From contig JACOYB010000006.1 in assembly GCA_016182085.1 (NCBI GenBank), positions 88,980-152,979 of the forward strand: a stretch of 64,000 bases of DNA, in the 5' to 3' direction. The notes below the pieces were generated by a model. It ran no database searches, was not told the origin of the DNA, and saw only the letters and a list, made by a program, of their open reading frames with translations. The first letter of the stretch is position 1. Each line of letters starts with the position of its first letter. Positions 37,332-46,934 of this stretch are shown in pieces. Position numbers and translations under genes: made by a program. This stretch comes from Candidatus Magasanikiibacteriota bacterium. GTDB taxonomy: Bacteria > Patescibacteriota > Patescibacteriia > Magasanikbacterales > GWA2-37-8.

Positions 37332-39107
37332 ATGGAAAAATTTCTTGGTGAAATAAAAAAAGTATTAAATAAAGTCGGAGTGTCTGGTGAAATTGATCTG
37401 ACAACCCCGCCAAATCCGGAAATGGGTGATTTTGCCTTTGCTTGTTTTAATATTGCTAAAGAGTGGAAAATGAGCCCAGTAGAGGCGGCCAAAACGATTG
37501 AAGCAAGAATCAAGAATTATGAATTAAGAATTATAGACAGAGTACAAGCCATGGGCCCGTACGTTAATTTTTATTTAAAAGCATCAGAGTTAGCTAAAAT
37601 TGTGCTTGGTGAAATTCAGAAAAAAGGTAAAAAATACGGCATAAATAATTCCGGCAAAGGTAAAAAAGTTTTGATTGAGTATCCGTCCAATAATACCCAC
37701 AAAGAATTTCATATTGGCCACCTGCGCAATGTTTGTATTGGAAATTCTTTGGTGCAGCTTTATGAACAAAATGGCTATAAAGTTTATCCGGTAAATTATC
37801 TAAATGATTTTGGCAATCATGTGGCCAAATGTTTGTGGGGCTTAATTAAATTTCATAAAGATGAAAAACCGCCAGCCAATAAACAAAAATGGCTGGGAGA
37901 AATTTACGCGGAGGCTTCAAAAAAATTAACTGAACCCGATGCTTTGGCTATTAAAACACCTGGTTTGGCAGAGCAGGTAGGCGATATGGGTAAAGCTGAA
38001 GATCTTGAATATACAGTACAGAAATATAGAGAAGAAGTCGCTGAAATCCAAAAGCAAATAGAGAGCCAAGACCCAAAGATCTGGAAAGTATTTATGCAAA
38101 CCAGGCAGTGGAGCATAGATAAGTTTGAAGAAATATTTAAACAGTTGGGTGTAGAGCATAAAGCCGTTTTTTATGAAAAAGACCTAAAGGATAAAGGGCA
38201 AAAAATGGTAGATGATTTGCTAAAAAAGGGTATAGCCCAAGTAGGCGAGGGTGGAGCGATTATTATAGATTTAAGCGAATATAAACTTGATATAGCATTG
38301 CTTCGCAAATCAAATGGCGCAGGACTGTATTTAACTAGCGACTTGCCGCTAGCCATGGAAAAGTTCAAAAAATGCAACGCAGACGAAAGTATTGTGATTA
38401 CCGGCACGGAACAAAATTTTTATTTCAAACAACTTTATAAAATTTTGGAACTAATTGGGTTTAACAAAAAGTTAACTCATATTGGCTATGGACTCGTAAA
38501 TCTAAAAGAAGGAAAAATGTCTTCGCGCTTAGGCAATGTTATTTTGTACGAAGATTTATATGCAGAAGTTTTTGCAATGTTAAAAGCCGAATCCGTGGAA
38601 CGACATCCGGATTGGAGTGAGAAGAAGATAAACAACAATGTAAGTGTGCTGGCTATGGCCGCCCTCAAGTTTGATATGCAAAAGCACGAAGCTGCCAAAA
38701 ATATTACTTTTGATGCCAAAGAAGCCACTTCTTTTGAAGGGTTTAGCGGTCTTTATGTACTCTATGCCATCGCCAGAATAAATAGCATTTTAAAACAATC
38801 AAAAAAATCCAAAGCGAAAATAGATTATAATCTGCTGGATAAGCCGGAAGAAAAACACCTGGTATTATTTTTGGCAAAATATGAAGAAGTGGTTAAAAGC
38901 GCTTTGATGAACTACAACCCATCGGAAATTACTCGTTATTCTTTTGATTTAGCGCAATCATTCAATGATTTTTATAACAAACATAGTATTCTGAAAGCGG
39001 AGACAGAAAGTTTGGTGGCCGCTCGTTTGCAGTTAGTTGGCGCCGCCAAAAATGTTTTGGAAAATTCGCTTGGATTGCTCACAATTGGAACTGTAGAGGA
39101 AATGTAA
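37332..39107 (+). CDS. argS: arginine--tRNA ligase
   Basis: GDFA, EYPSNNTHKEFHIGHLRN, KMSSRLG, YVLYAIARINSIL, FNDFYNK. Confidence 0.95.
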   Translation: MEKFLGEIKKVLNKVGVSGEIDLTTPPNPEMGDFAFACFNIAKEWKMSPVEAAKTIEARIKNYELRIIDRVQAMGPYVNFYLKASELAKIVLGEIQKKGKKYGINNSGKGKKVLIEYPSNNTHKEFHIGHLRNVCIGNSLVQLYEQNGYKVYPVNYLNDFGNHVAKCLWGLIKFHKDEKPPANKQKWLGEIYAEASKKLTEPDALAIKTPGLAEQVGDMGKAEDLEYTVQKYREEVAEIQKQIESQDPKIWKVFMQTRQWSIDKFEEIFKQLGVEHKAVFYEKDLKDKGQKMVDDLLKKGIAQVGEGGAIIIDLSEYKLDIALLRKSNGAGLYLTSDLPLAMEKFKKCNADESIVITGTEQNFYFKQLYKILELIGFNKKLTHIGYGLVNLKEGKMSSRLGNVILYEDLYAEVFAMLKAESVERHPDWSEKKINNNVSVLAMAALKFDMQKHEAAKNITFDAKEATSFEGFSGLYVLYAIARINSILKQSKKSKAKIDYNLLDKPEEKHLVLFLAKYEEVVKSALMNYNPSEITRYSFDLAQSFNDFYNKHSILKAETESLVAARLQLVGAAKNVLENSLGLLTIGTVEEM

Positions 39108-39130
39108 AATATTTGTTGAATATTTTGTTT

Positions 39131-40150
39131 ATGGCGCAAGACAATTATAAGTCGTGGCTTATCAATACAGAAGATTTTCCTAAGGAGTCTGCGCTACCGG
39201 CGCAGCTTAAATTTTTATTGCAGTTTGCGATTTTGGCTCCCTCTACGCACAATTCTCAGCCTTGGCAGTTCAAAATAGATAGCAACAAGATTTATATTTT
39301 GCCAAATTTTGATAAAGCGCTGCCTGTGGGAGATAAGGAAAACCATTTTCTTTTTTTAAGTTTGGGTTGCGCGTTAGAAAATTTATTAGTCGCGGCGCAG
39401 TATTATGGTTTTAGTTTTATAATAAAATATCCTTCTTCTGGTGACAAAAAAATTGAAATTACTCTTACAAAAATAGAAAAGTCGGGCGTTGCAGAAGAAA
39501 GCCTGGTTTCTTATATCGCCAAGCGCATTACGAATCGTCATAAGTTTACAGATAAGTTGCCGGCAGAAGAATTTTTAAATACAGTTCGTAGTTTGGGCAC
39601 AGAAAGTATGAGTGTAGATGTGCTTTCTCCGGGAGAAAAAAATAATAAGGTAAAACAGCTAGTGGGGAGAATCACTCCCAAGTTATTAAATGAGCCAAGT
39701 TTTCGCAGGGAATTATCCGGCTATGTAAAAACAAATATTACAAAATCAAAATTTGGGATGCCGGCTTTTGTGATGGATGTTCCCAACTTTTTATCTCTTT
39801 TTGTGCCAACCATACTAAAGTTTGTAAATATTGAAAAATTAAATAAAAAAAAGCAGGAGGGCGCCATAAGCGCCGCGATTTTTATTGTGATTAGCGCTAA
39901 AAATAACAACGAAGAAGATTGGGTTAAAACCGGACAAGCTTTTCAGAAAATTAATTTGTTGGCTACAAAATTTAATTTATTTACTCATCCAATGGCCGCG
40001 CCTTTACACGATATAGAAAGCCGTAAGGAATTGCAGGAAATATTACAGACCAGCTTTAATCCGCACTTTTTGTTTCGTCTTGGGTACGGAGCGGTAGAAC
40101 CAAAGCATAGTCCGCGAATGACAGTAGACGATTGTATGATCGTAGAATAG
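39131..40150 (+). CDS. Acg/Rv3127-like FMN-binding nitroreductase-superfamily protein
   Basis: LAPSTHNSQPWQF, SLGCALENL, RITNR, GQAFQK, LFRLGY...HSPR. Confidence 0.85.
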   Translation: MAQDNYKSWLINTEDFPKESALPAQLKFLLQFAILAPSTHNSQPWQFKIDSNKIYILPNFDKALPVGDKENHFLFLSLGCALENLLVAAQYYGFSFIIKYPSSGDKKIEITLTKIEKSGVAEESLVSYIAKRITNRHKFTDKLPAEEFLNTVRSLGTESMSVDVLSPGEKNNKVKQLVGRITPKLLNEPSFRRELSGYVKTNITKSKFGMPAFVMDVPNFLSLFVPTILKFVNIEKLNKKKQEGAISAAIFIVISAKNNNEEDWVKTGQAFQKINLLATKFNLFTHPMAAPLHDIESRKELQEILQTSFNPHFLFRLGYGAVEPKHSPRMTVDDCMIVE

Positions 40151-40156
40151 TAATTT

Positions 40157-41227
40157 ATGGATATTTCTAAGTATAAAAATTTAAAAGAGTTTGATAGCCA
40201 TGCTTTGGTTGTAGAGTTGGATGAGCCAAGCGTTGGTTTAAAAGGTTTTATAGCTATAGATAGAAAAGCCGAAAATTTTCCAGCCTTGGGAGCTACTCGT
40301 TTGTGGAAGTATCCTTTGGAAGAGGACGCTTTAAATGATGCTCTGCGTTTGGCAAAGTTAATGGGTAAAAAATCAGCGATGGCAGGCCTGCCTTATACAG
40401 GCGCCAAAGCGGTGCTTATGTTGCCCGAAGAAGGAATAAAGAATCGCGAAGAATATTTTAAAGTATATGCTCAAAAAGTAAATGAACTCTCTGGTCAGTT
40501 TATTACCGGTACGGATGTTGGTTTGACCGATAATGATCTAGAGATAATGAGCAAAAATTCTAAATTTGTAATTGGAATGAATGTTCCGGCGGCGTATTAT
40601 ACAGCTGTCGGTGTTTTTAATGTTATTAGAGAAAGTTTGGAATATAAATTTGGCAGTGAAAATATTTCCAGCAGAACTTTTGCTATACAAGGTTTGGGAA
40701 AAACGGGTTATGAATTATTAAAATTACTGTATGCAGAAGGGGCAAAAATATTTGTTTCCGAAATAAATATAGATATTTTAGAACAAGTTTGTCGTGATTT
40801 TCCCCTGGTAAAAAAAGTTTTACCGGCAGATATACATAAGCAAGAAGTGGATGTTTTTTGTCCTTGCGCTATGAGTCATTCTATAAATAGTCGCACGGTC
40901 AGCGAATTGAAGTGTGTGATTGTGGCTGGTTCTGCAAACAACCAGCTAGAAGATGAAGAGGCGGGAGAAAAACTGCATAAGATGGGCATTGTGTATGCTC
41001 CGGATTATTTATCAAATTCCGGCGGTTTGATTAGCGTGGTAGATCAATTTGAAAATAAAAAACATGACAATAAAAGAATATTATTAAAATTGAGCAAGAT
41101 ACCGGCAGTTTTACGAGCTATTTTTTTAAGAAGTGAAAAAGAGCGCAGATCGATTAGTAGTGTTGCAGACGATATGGTGCAAGAATCTTTAGTCAAAGAG
41201 GTTAGTGTTGGGGTGCGTAGTTATTAA
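40157..41227 (+). CDS. Glu/Leu/Phe/Val dehydrogenase (Leu/Phe-DH-like)
   Basis: PALGATR, RLAKLMGKK..AGLPYTGAKAV, FITGTDVG, QGLGKTG, PCA, AGSANNQL, YAPDYLSNSGG. Confidence 0.9.
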   Translation: MDISKYKNLKEFDSHALVVELDEPSVGLKGFIAIDRKAENFPALGATRLWKYPLEEDALNDALRLAKLMGKKSAMAGLPYTGAKAVLMLPEEGIKNREEYFKVYAQKVNELSGQFITGTDVGLTDNDLEIMSKNSKFVIGMNVPAAYYTAVGVFNVIRESLEYKFGSENISSRTFAIQGLGKTGYELLKLLYAEGAKIFVSEINIDILEQVCRDFPLVKKVLPADIHKQEVDVFCPCAMSHSINSRTVSELKCVIVAGSANNQLEDEEAGEKLHKMGIVYAPDYLSNSGGLISVVDQFENKKHDNKRILLKLSKIPAVLRAIFLRSEKERRSISSVADDMVQESLVKEVSVGVRSY

Positions 41228-41234
41228 ATATAGT

Positions 41235-42767
41235 ATGAATAAATATTTTTTAAGCTTATATAAAAAAAGCCTTGTTTCCAAGCTATCTTTTCTTAAAAGA
41301 AAAGATTCTGAAGTTATGGACAGAGTGGGGGAAAAGGAATCAGTTAAATTGTTTAACTTTGTAAGTAGGCGCGTGGTTGCGTACCAAAAATTTTTAAAAG
41401 AAAATAAAGTAGCTATCAAAAAGATTGTAAATATTAAAGACTTTAAAAAATTACCATTAATTTCAAAAGAAAATTATATAAGAAAGCACGATTTAGCAGA
41501 TTTGCTCCCCCCCAAAGAATTTGCCAACGCTACTACTTTTTCTGCCACTTCCGGCTCTACAGGTGAGCCGACGTTTTTTCCGCGCGGCGAAGATCAGGAC
41601 AAGAATTATGAATTTATTTCTGAAATATTTTTAACAAATCAACTCGGTCTGTCCAAGAAAAAAAGTACGCTTGTTATAATAGGTTTTGGACTGGGTGTTT
41701 GGATAGGCGGTATTTTTACTTATAAAAATTTTAATAAATTGGCCAGCAAGGGCTACAAGATATCTATATTGCCGGTCGGTCCTCAAAAAGACATGTTTCT
41801 AAAGTCTCTAAAGAAATTTGGAAGATTGTTTGATCAAGTTATTTTGGCAGGTTATCCGCCTTTTATCAAGGATATAGTTGATGAAAGCGCTGGTTATGGC
41901 ATTGATTGGGCTAAATGCAATACAAAAATTTTAACCGCAGCCGAGAGCTATTCGGAAGATTTTAGAGACTATATTGCAAAAAAAATTAAAGCCAAAAATA
42001 TTTTTACTGATTTTATAAATATATATGGAACAGTCGAGTTGGGAACTATGGCGCACGAAACCCCTTTGGCAATTTTGATACGCAGATTAGCCTGCAAAAA
42101 TAAAGATATTTTTAAGGCAGTTTTTAACAATTCTGCCAGGCTTCCTACGTTGGGGCAGTATCATCCGTATCTGGTTTATTTCGAAGAGTTAGAGGGCGAA
42201 TTGGTAGGAACGGGTGTTGGTTCATCCATACCATTAATTCGTTACAAATTTGCCGATCGCGGGGGCGTTATTTCTTTTAAAGAGATGGTAGGGCGCCTAA
42301 AGAGTGTGGGGGTAGATATTATAAAAGAAGCTGCAAAAAATGGAATTGGTAAAACTGTTCTTAATCTTCCGTTTGTATATGTATATGAGAGAAGTGATTT
42401 GGTCGTAAATTTAATGGGAATAAATATATATCCGGAGTATATTAAAAGCGGGTTGCAAAAAAGCGGCATAGAAGAAAAAGTTACCGGTAAATTTTCTATG
42501 GCGACTAAAAATGATAAAAATCAGGATCAGTTTTTGGAAATTAATGTGGAATTAAAAAATGGCGAAGCGCCCTCATCGCAGTTGGTAAAATTAATTGAAA
42601 ATTTTGTTGTGATTTCCTTGCAAGAAAAATCCACGGAGTATGATTATTTGTACAAAAATAGTTCGGAAGAATCCAGGAAAAAAATAACTCCCAAAGTTTT
42701 ATTATTTAATTATGAAGATAAAACCTATTTTGCTCCCGGAGCAAAGCAGAAATGGGTCTTAAAATAA
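41235..42767 (+). CDS. phenylacetate-CoA ligase (PaaK)-like adenylate-forming enzyme
   Basis: FKKLPLISK, ATSGSTGEP, NIYGTVE, PLIRYKFADRG, GINIYPE; start moved to ATG 41235. Confidence 0.85.
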   Translation: MNKYFLSLYKKSLVSKLSFLKRKDSEVMDRVGEKESVKLFNFVSRRVVAYQKFLKENKVAIKKIVNIKDFKKLPLISKENYIRKHDLADLLPPKEFANATTFSATSGSTGEPTFFPRGEDQDKNYEFISEIFLTNQLGLSKKKSTLVIIGFGLGVWIGGIFTYKNFNKLASKGYKISILPVGPQKDMFLKSLKKFGRLFDQVILAGYPPFIKDIVDESAGYGIDWAKCNTKILTAAESYSEDFRDYIAKKIKAKNIFTDFINIYGTVELGTMAHETPLAILIRRLACKNKDIFKAVFNNSARLPTLGQYHPYLVYFEELEGELVGTGVGSSIPLIRYKFADRGGVISFKEMVGRLKSVGVDIIKEAAKNGIGKTVLNLPFVYVYERSDLVVNLMGINIYPEYIKSGLQKSGIEEKVTGKFSMATKNDKNQDQFLEINVELKNGEAPSSQLVKLIENFVVISLQEKSTEYDYLYKNSSEESRKKITPKVLLFNYEDKTYFAPGAKQKWVLK

Positions 42768-42772
42768 TTTTT

Positions 42773-43837
42773 ATGCAGTTTCCAATTATATTGGCTGAAG
42801 GCAGTTACAACCAAGCAGATTTGGATTTGTTAATAAAAAATAACGAGATCGTAAAAACGGTTGATATTTATGCTCAGCAAATGACCGAGTATTTTGAAAT
42901 TTCAAACCCAGCCTTGAAGGGGAGTACAGATTTGCCCGCGGCCGCAAAAAAGTATGTGGATGAAAATATGAGCAAGGGAAAGCTCTTTGGTAGTTGGATA
43001 TATTATCCTTGGAGCAGGGTTTTGGTTCACTCGGTAACGCAGGATAAATATTTTGAACTGCGAACTAACCGTAATAAAAATTTAATAGATGCAAAAGAAC
43101 AAGAAAAGCTGTATAATTTAAATGTGGGCGTGCTCGGGCTATCTATAGGGAGCAGTATGGCCATTGGTTTGGCATATAGCGCCATAGCAGGGCAAATGAA
43201 GTTGGCAGATTTTGATACTCTGTCTACTTCTAATTTAAACAGGTTGAAAGCGAAGATGTCCGATGTGGGAAGAAAAAAAATAGAGATAGCCGCGGAACAG
43301 ATATTTGAAATAAATCCGTATCAAAATCTAGAGCTATTTGAAAATGGAGTAGATAAAAATTCGTTGGATAGTTTTTTGGCAGAAAACCCTAAACCGGAAT
43401 TAATTTTTGAAGCAATTGATGATTTTGAAATAAAAATTCGTCTGCGTATGGCGGCGCGAAATCTGGGTATTCCGGTTATTATGTTGACCAACTTGGGCGA
43501 TAGCTTGCTTGTAGATGTGGAAAGATACGACAAGGATAAAACAACCCCTATTTTAAATGGGATGATTGAGCAGTCGGTGGTAGAAGAGATTTTGTCTGGG
43601 CGCTGTAGTGAGGCGGATAAAAATAGATTTGCCGTACAGGTGGTGGGTGTAGAAAATGTGCCCAAGAGAGCGATGGATTCTCTAAAAGAGATAGGGTTAA
43701 GCCTTGTCGGTCGCCCGCAGCTTATGAGCACAGTTACGATAGGGGGCGGTCTAGCTTCTTTTTTAGCTAGGAAGATTGCTCTTGGAGAAGATTTGCCAAG
43801 TGGAAGAAAAATAATAAAGTGGGATGAGCTAATTTAA
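42773..43837 (+). CDS. ThiF/MoeB E1-like adenylyltransferase, Rv1355c(MoeY)-like N-terminal part
   Basis: WIYYPW, LRTNRNKNLI..EQ, GVLGLSIG, LADFDTLSTSNLNR, DVERYD, RPQL. Confidence 0.85.
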   Translation: MQFPIILAEGSYNQADLDLLIKNNEIVKTVDIYAQQMTEYFEISNPALKGSTDLPAAAKKYVDENMSKGKLFGSWIYYPWSRVLVHSVTQDKYFELRTNRNKNLIDAKEQEKLYNLNVGVLGLSIGSSMAIGLAYSAIAGQMKLADFDTLSTSNLNRLKAKMSDVGRKKIEIAAEQIFEINPYQNLELFENGVDKNSLDSFLAENPKPELIFEAIDDFEIKIRLRMAARNLGIPVIMLTNLGDSLLVDVERYDKDKTTPILNGMIEQSVVEEILSGRCSEADKNRFAVQVVGVENVPKRAMDSLKEIGLSLVGRPQLMSTVTIGGGLASFLARKIALGEDLPSGRKIIKWDELI

Positions 43838-43841
43838 TTTT

Positions 43842-44717
43842 ATGGATGCGGAGAAAAAACTCGCAGACAAAATGGGGGTGAGCTATAAAATTAATCAGTG
43901 TTTAATAGACGGTTTTAACATTAATTATTTGGTGGCCGGAGAAGGCGAGCCGTTATTGCTCATACATGGGGCAAACATAGGCTGGGGAATGTGGTATTTA
44001 AATATACCGGAGTTGTCAAAAAAATATAAAGTTATCGCCCTAGACTTGCCTGGTGCCGGCGTTTCCGATAGCTTAGATTTTAAAAATATTGACCTGGAAA
44101 AAATATTTGTTCAGTTAATAGAAAACTTTTTGCATTTTTTAGAAGTAGATAATATAAGGGTGGTTGGGCATTCTTTCGGCGGTTGGATCGCCATGAAGCT
44201 GGCTATTGTGAGTAAGATAAATATTAAAAAAATTGTACTAAGCGATTCTTTGGGGTTTAGTACAAGTATTCCGGCATCTCAGTGGCCTGCAACGGTTGGC
44301 GCGCTCGCAAAATTTATTTCTAAAACATTTTTTAGAGCTACAAGATCAAACATGGATAGGTTTTTAAGCAGCGCTTTTTATAGTAAAACGTCTGTATCCG
44401 AATTGTTTTATCAGTATTATTTTGAATCATTGCTTGGTTCCGATATGCGCCACCCTTTATTATTTTTTAACGGGCTGTCATCTTTTTTGAGAATGCGGAA
44501 AGAATTAGATTTGAGAAGTAGCCTTAGTTTAATTAAGCAGCCGGTATTGGTGGTATGGGGAAGCGAAGACAAAAACGTAGTATATAAAAATAGTAAAGAT
44601 TTTTTTAAACTAATACCAAACCATAAGGTGGAGATTATAAAAGAGGCAGGGCATGTGCCGTCTTTAGAAAAAAGTAATTTATTTAACAGTTTGGTTTTAA
44701 ATTTTTTTCAAGATTAA
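43842..44717 (+). CDS. alpha/beta-fold hydrolase
   Basis: LLIHG, ALDLPGAG, GHSFGG nucleophile elbow, WGSED, AGHVP. Confidence 0.9.
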   Translation: MDAEKKLADKMGVSYKINQCLIDGFNINYLVAGEGEPLLLIHGANIGWGMWYLNIPELSKKYKVIALDLPGAGVSDSLDFKNIDLEKIFVQLIENFLHFLEVDNIRVVGHSFGGWIAMKLAIVSKINIKKIVLSDSLGFSTSIPASQWPATVGALAKFISKTFFRATRSNMDRFLSSAFYSKTSVSELFYQYYFESLLGSDMRHPLLFFNGLSSFLRMRKELDLRSSLSLIKQPVLVVWGSEDKNVVYKNSKDFFKLIPNHKVEIIKEAGHVPSLEKSNLFNSLVLNFFQD

Positions 44718-44727
44718 TTAGTATAGT

Positions 44728-46347
44728 ATGTTGGGGGACGTTTTATATTTTAAAGAAGTTATCGTTGGGGCCGTGGTGATTTGTAATATACTTATTACTT
44801 ACGCGGTATATGTAAGTAATAAAAAAAGCGCCACAAATAGAGTATTTTTGCTGTTAGGCCTAGTCATCTCTTTTTGGCTTTTAGCCATGTATTTATCGGT
44901 AAATCCTCAGGTAAACCTATTTTGGACGCGCCAGAGCGCTTTTTGGGCCACGTTTATGAGCTTTTTGCTATTTTTGCTGGCCTATGTTTTGCCGGGAGAA
45001 AGGTTTTTGTTAAGTAAAAAGAACCTTTTTTATACAGTCGCACCAACGATTTTTATAACAGCCTTGACATTTACGCCTTATGTTTTTGAAAAAATAACTA
45101 TTAGCGCCGCAGGTTCAAAGGTGGCTGTGGGATTTGGGATAATTCCATTTAGTTTACTCACAACATTTTTTAGCGTATTCGCTGTTTATTTATTATTAAA
45201 AAAATTACACAAGTCATCACAAGTGGAGCGTCGCCAGCTGGGACTTGTTTTAACAGGATTTTTCTTAATGCTCGGACTCATCATTTTTACGATTCTAATC
45301 CCCGTTATTTTTTTAAGAGATAATTTTTTTGTTCAGTTTGCGCCGGTGTATGTTTTTTTCTTCTTGGCCGCTACCGCTATCGCAATCATAAAGTATCATT
45401 TGTTTAATATTAAAGTTATTGCCACAGAGGTCTTAGTATTGATTTTGATAATGGTTTTATTAATTGAAGGCGCTCTCTCCGGTTCTATATTTACAGTTAT
45501 TTTTAAAGTCTCATTTGCGATTTTGGTAGGTATTATCGGTATTTTATTGGTACGAAGCGTGCAAAAAGAAATTAAACAAAAAGATGAATTATCTAATCTG
45601 GCTGCTTCTTTGGAAAAAGCCAATACGCGTTTGCAAGAACTGGATAAACAGAAAACCGAATTTTTAACAATTGCCTCTCATCAGCTGCGCACCCCGCTTT
45701 CTATTTTAAAAGGATATATAGAGCTGATAAAAGACGGTAGTTATGGCAAGATTGAACCTGCTACAGCCAAAGTATTGGATGATATGGATCTTAACAACGA
45801 GCATTTGGTAAAGTTGGTAGATACGCTACTCGATATTACTCGCATCGAACAGGGCCGCACTAAATATTCATTTGCCATGAATAATATCTGTGCTTTAATT
45901 GACGAATCAGTAAGCGACTTAAAATTAAAAGCTAAAGAAAAGAAAATGAAATTAGTTTGGACATGTCCTAAGAAAATGACTGATGTGTGCTGTGATCAAG
46001 AAAAAATGCACCATGTTATTTATAACTTTATTGATAACGCCTTAAAGTATAGCGAGAAAGGTTCTGTAAAAGTAACGCTGAAAGAAGAAGGTGGGGGCAT
46101 TGCGATGAAGGTAGTCGACAATGGGATTGGCTTTAATAAAGTGGATGAAAATAATTTTTTTCATAAATTTTATCGCGGTGACAATGTACGGACTATTGGC
46201 ATCAGCGGCACCGGTTTGGGGCTCTATGTCTGCCGAAAATTCGTGGAAGCGCATAGCGGCCGGGTGTGGGCTCATAGCGAAGGATTGGGAAAAGGCAGTG
46301 AATTTGGCTTTTGGATTCCGGTTAAACCCCCCGCTCCAGCCGGGTAG
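44728..46347 (+). CDS. membrane sensor histidine kinase with a multi-TM N-terminal input domain
   Basis: about 8-9 hydrophobic helices; SHQLRTPL H-box, NFIDNALKYS, DNGIG, GTGLGL, GKGSEF. Confidence 0.92.
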   Translation: MLGDVLYFKEVIVGAVVICNILITYAVYVSNKKSATNRVFLLLGLVISFWLLAMYLSVNPQVNLFWTRQSAFWATFMSFLLFLLAYVLPGERFLLSKKNLFYTVAPTIFITALTFTPYVFEKITISAAGSKVAVGFGIIPFSLLTTFFSVFAVYLLLKKLHKSSQVERRQLGLVLTGFFLMLGLIIFTILIPVIFLRDNFFVQFAPVYVFFFLAATAIAIIKYHLFNIKVIATEVLVLILIMVLLIEGALSGSIFTVIFKVSFAILVGIIGILLVRSVQKEIKQKDELSNLAASLEKANTRLQELDKQKTEFLTIASHQLRTPLSILKGYIELIKDGSYGKIEPATAKVLDDMDLNNEHLVKLVDTLLDITRIEQGRTKYSFAMNNICALIDESVSDLKLKAKEKKMKLVWTCPKKMTDVCCDQEKMHHVIYNFIDNALKYSEKGSVKVTLKEEGGGIAMKVVDNGIGFNKVDENNFFHKFYRGDNVRTIGISGTGLGLYVCRKFVEAHSGRVWAHSEGLGKGSEFGFWIPVKPPAPAG

Positions 46348-46427
46348 TTGGTTTTTTTATAAAAATAGTATATAATTACTCTGTATAATTTAATCATTTT
46401 TTCACTACATAATTAATATCCATTACT

Positions 46428-46898
46428 ATGATTTTCCAAAGAAATTCCTCCAAAGTGGCTCCAGAAAATAATGAGCCAGAAGTTCTTGATGAATCGCGAC
46501 CGGATATTCATGATGAAGTGGAAACCGTGGTTGGTCCATCGGTAAATGTAGAGGGTGATTTTGCCTCCGAAGGAAATATCGTTGTAAAAGGAACGGTATC
46601 GGGCAGCGTGTTTACCAGCAAACATTTAACCGTGGAAATGGGCGCAAAGATTATTGCCAATGTCCGGGCAGGCAGCGCTACAATTGCCGGAGAGGTAAAG
46701 GGAAATATGAAAATTAAGGAGTCGCTTGAATTAACTTCCACGTCAAAAGTTATTGGCGATATAGACATGAAAGATTTGAGGATTGAATCCGGTGCGACGC
46801 TGTATGGTAAAGTAACCATGCCGGGAGTAGAAGCTGAAAAACCGATCAAAACAAAAACTTTTAAAAAATCCGAAGAAGCCGCGCCGCTTTTTGGTTAA
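46428..46898 (+). CDS. bactofilin (polymer-forming cytoskeletal protein)
   Basis: TVVGPSVNVEGD..SEGNIVVKG.VSG, IAGEVKGN, IESGATLYG beta-helix repeats. Confidence 0.9.
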   Translation: MIFQRNSSKVAPENNEPEVLDESRPDIHDEVETVVGPSVNVEGDFASEGNIVVKGTVSGSVFTSKHLTVEMGAKIIANVRAGSATIAGEVKGNMKIKESLELTSTSKVIGDIDMKDLRIESGATLYGKVTMPGVEAEKPIKTKTFKKSEEAAPLFG

Positions 46899-46934
46899 AT
46901 TGGTTTGAAAAAGGAGTAAGAGCCTACTGGTGTT

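Noticed and set aside
37930-38020. Apparent ~25-aa insertion in ArgRS (PDALAIKTPGLAEQVGDMGKAEDLEY) as another palindromic insert
   Set aside because: Only a weak hairpin (acctggtttggcagagcaggt) and no family termini; it cannot be supported without an alignment.
39131-43837. RiPP cluster (ThiF plus dehydrogenase acting on a precursor peptide) or E1-based anti-phage system
   Set aside because: No precursor ORF fits the 4-10 bp gaps, and there is no YcaO, E2, JAB or ubiquitin-like gene; the partners are small-molecule enzymes.
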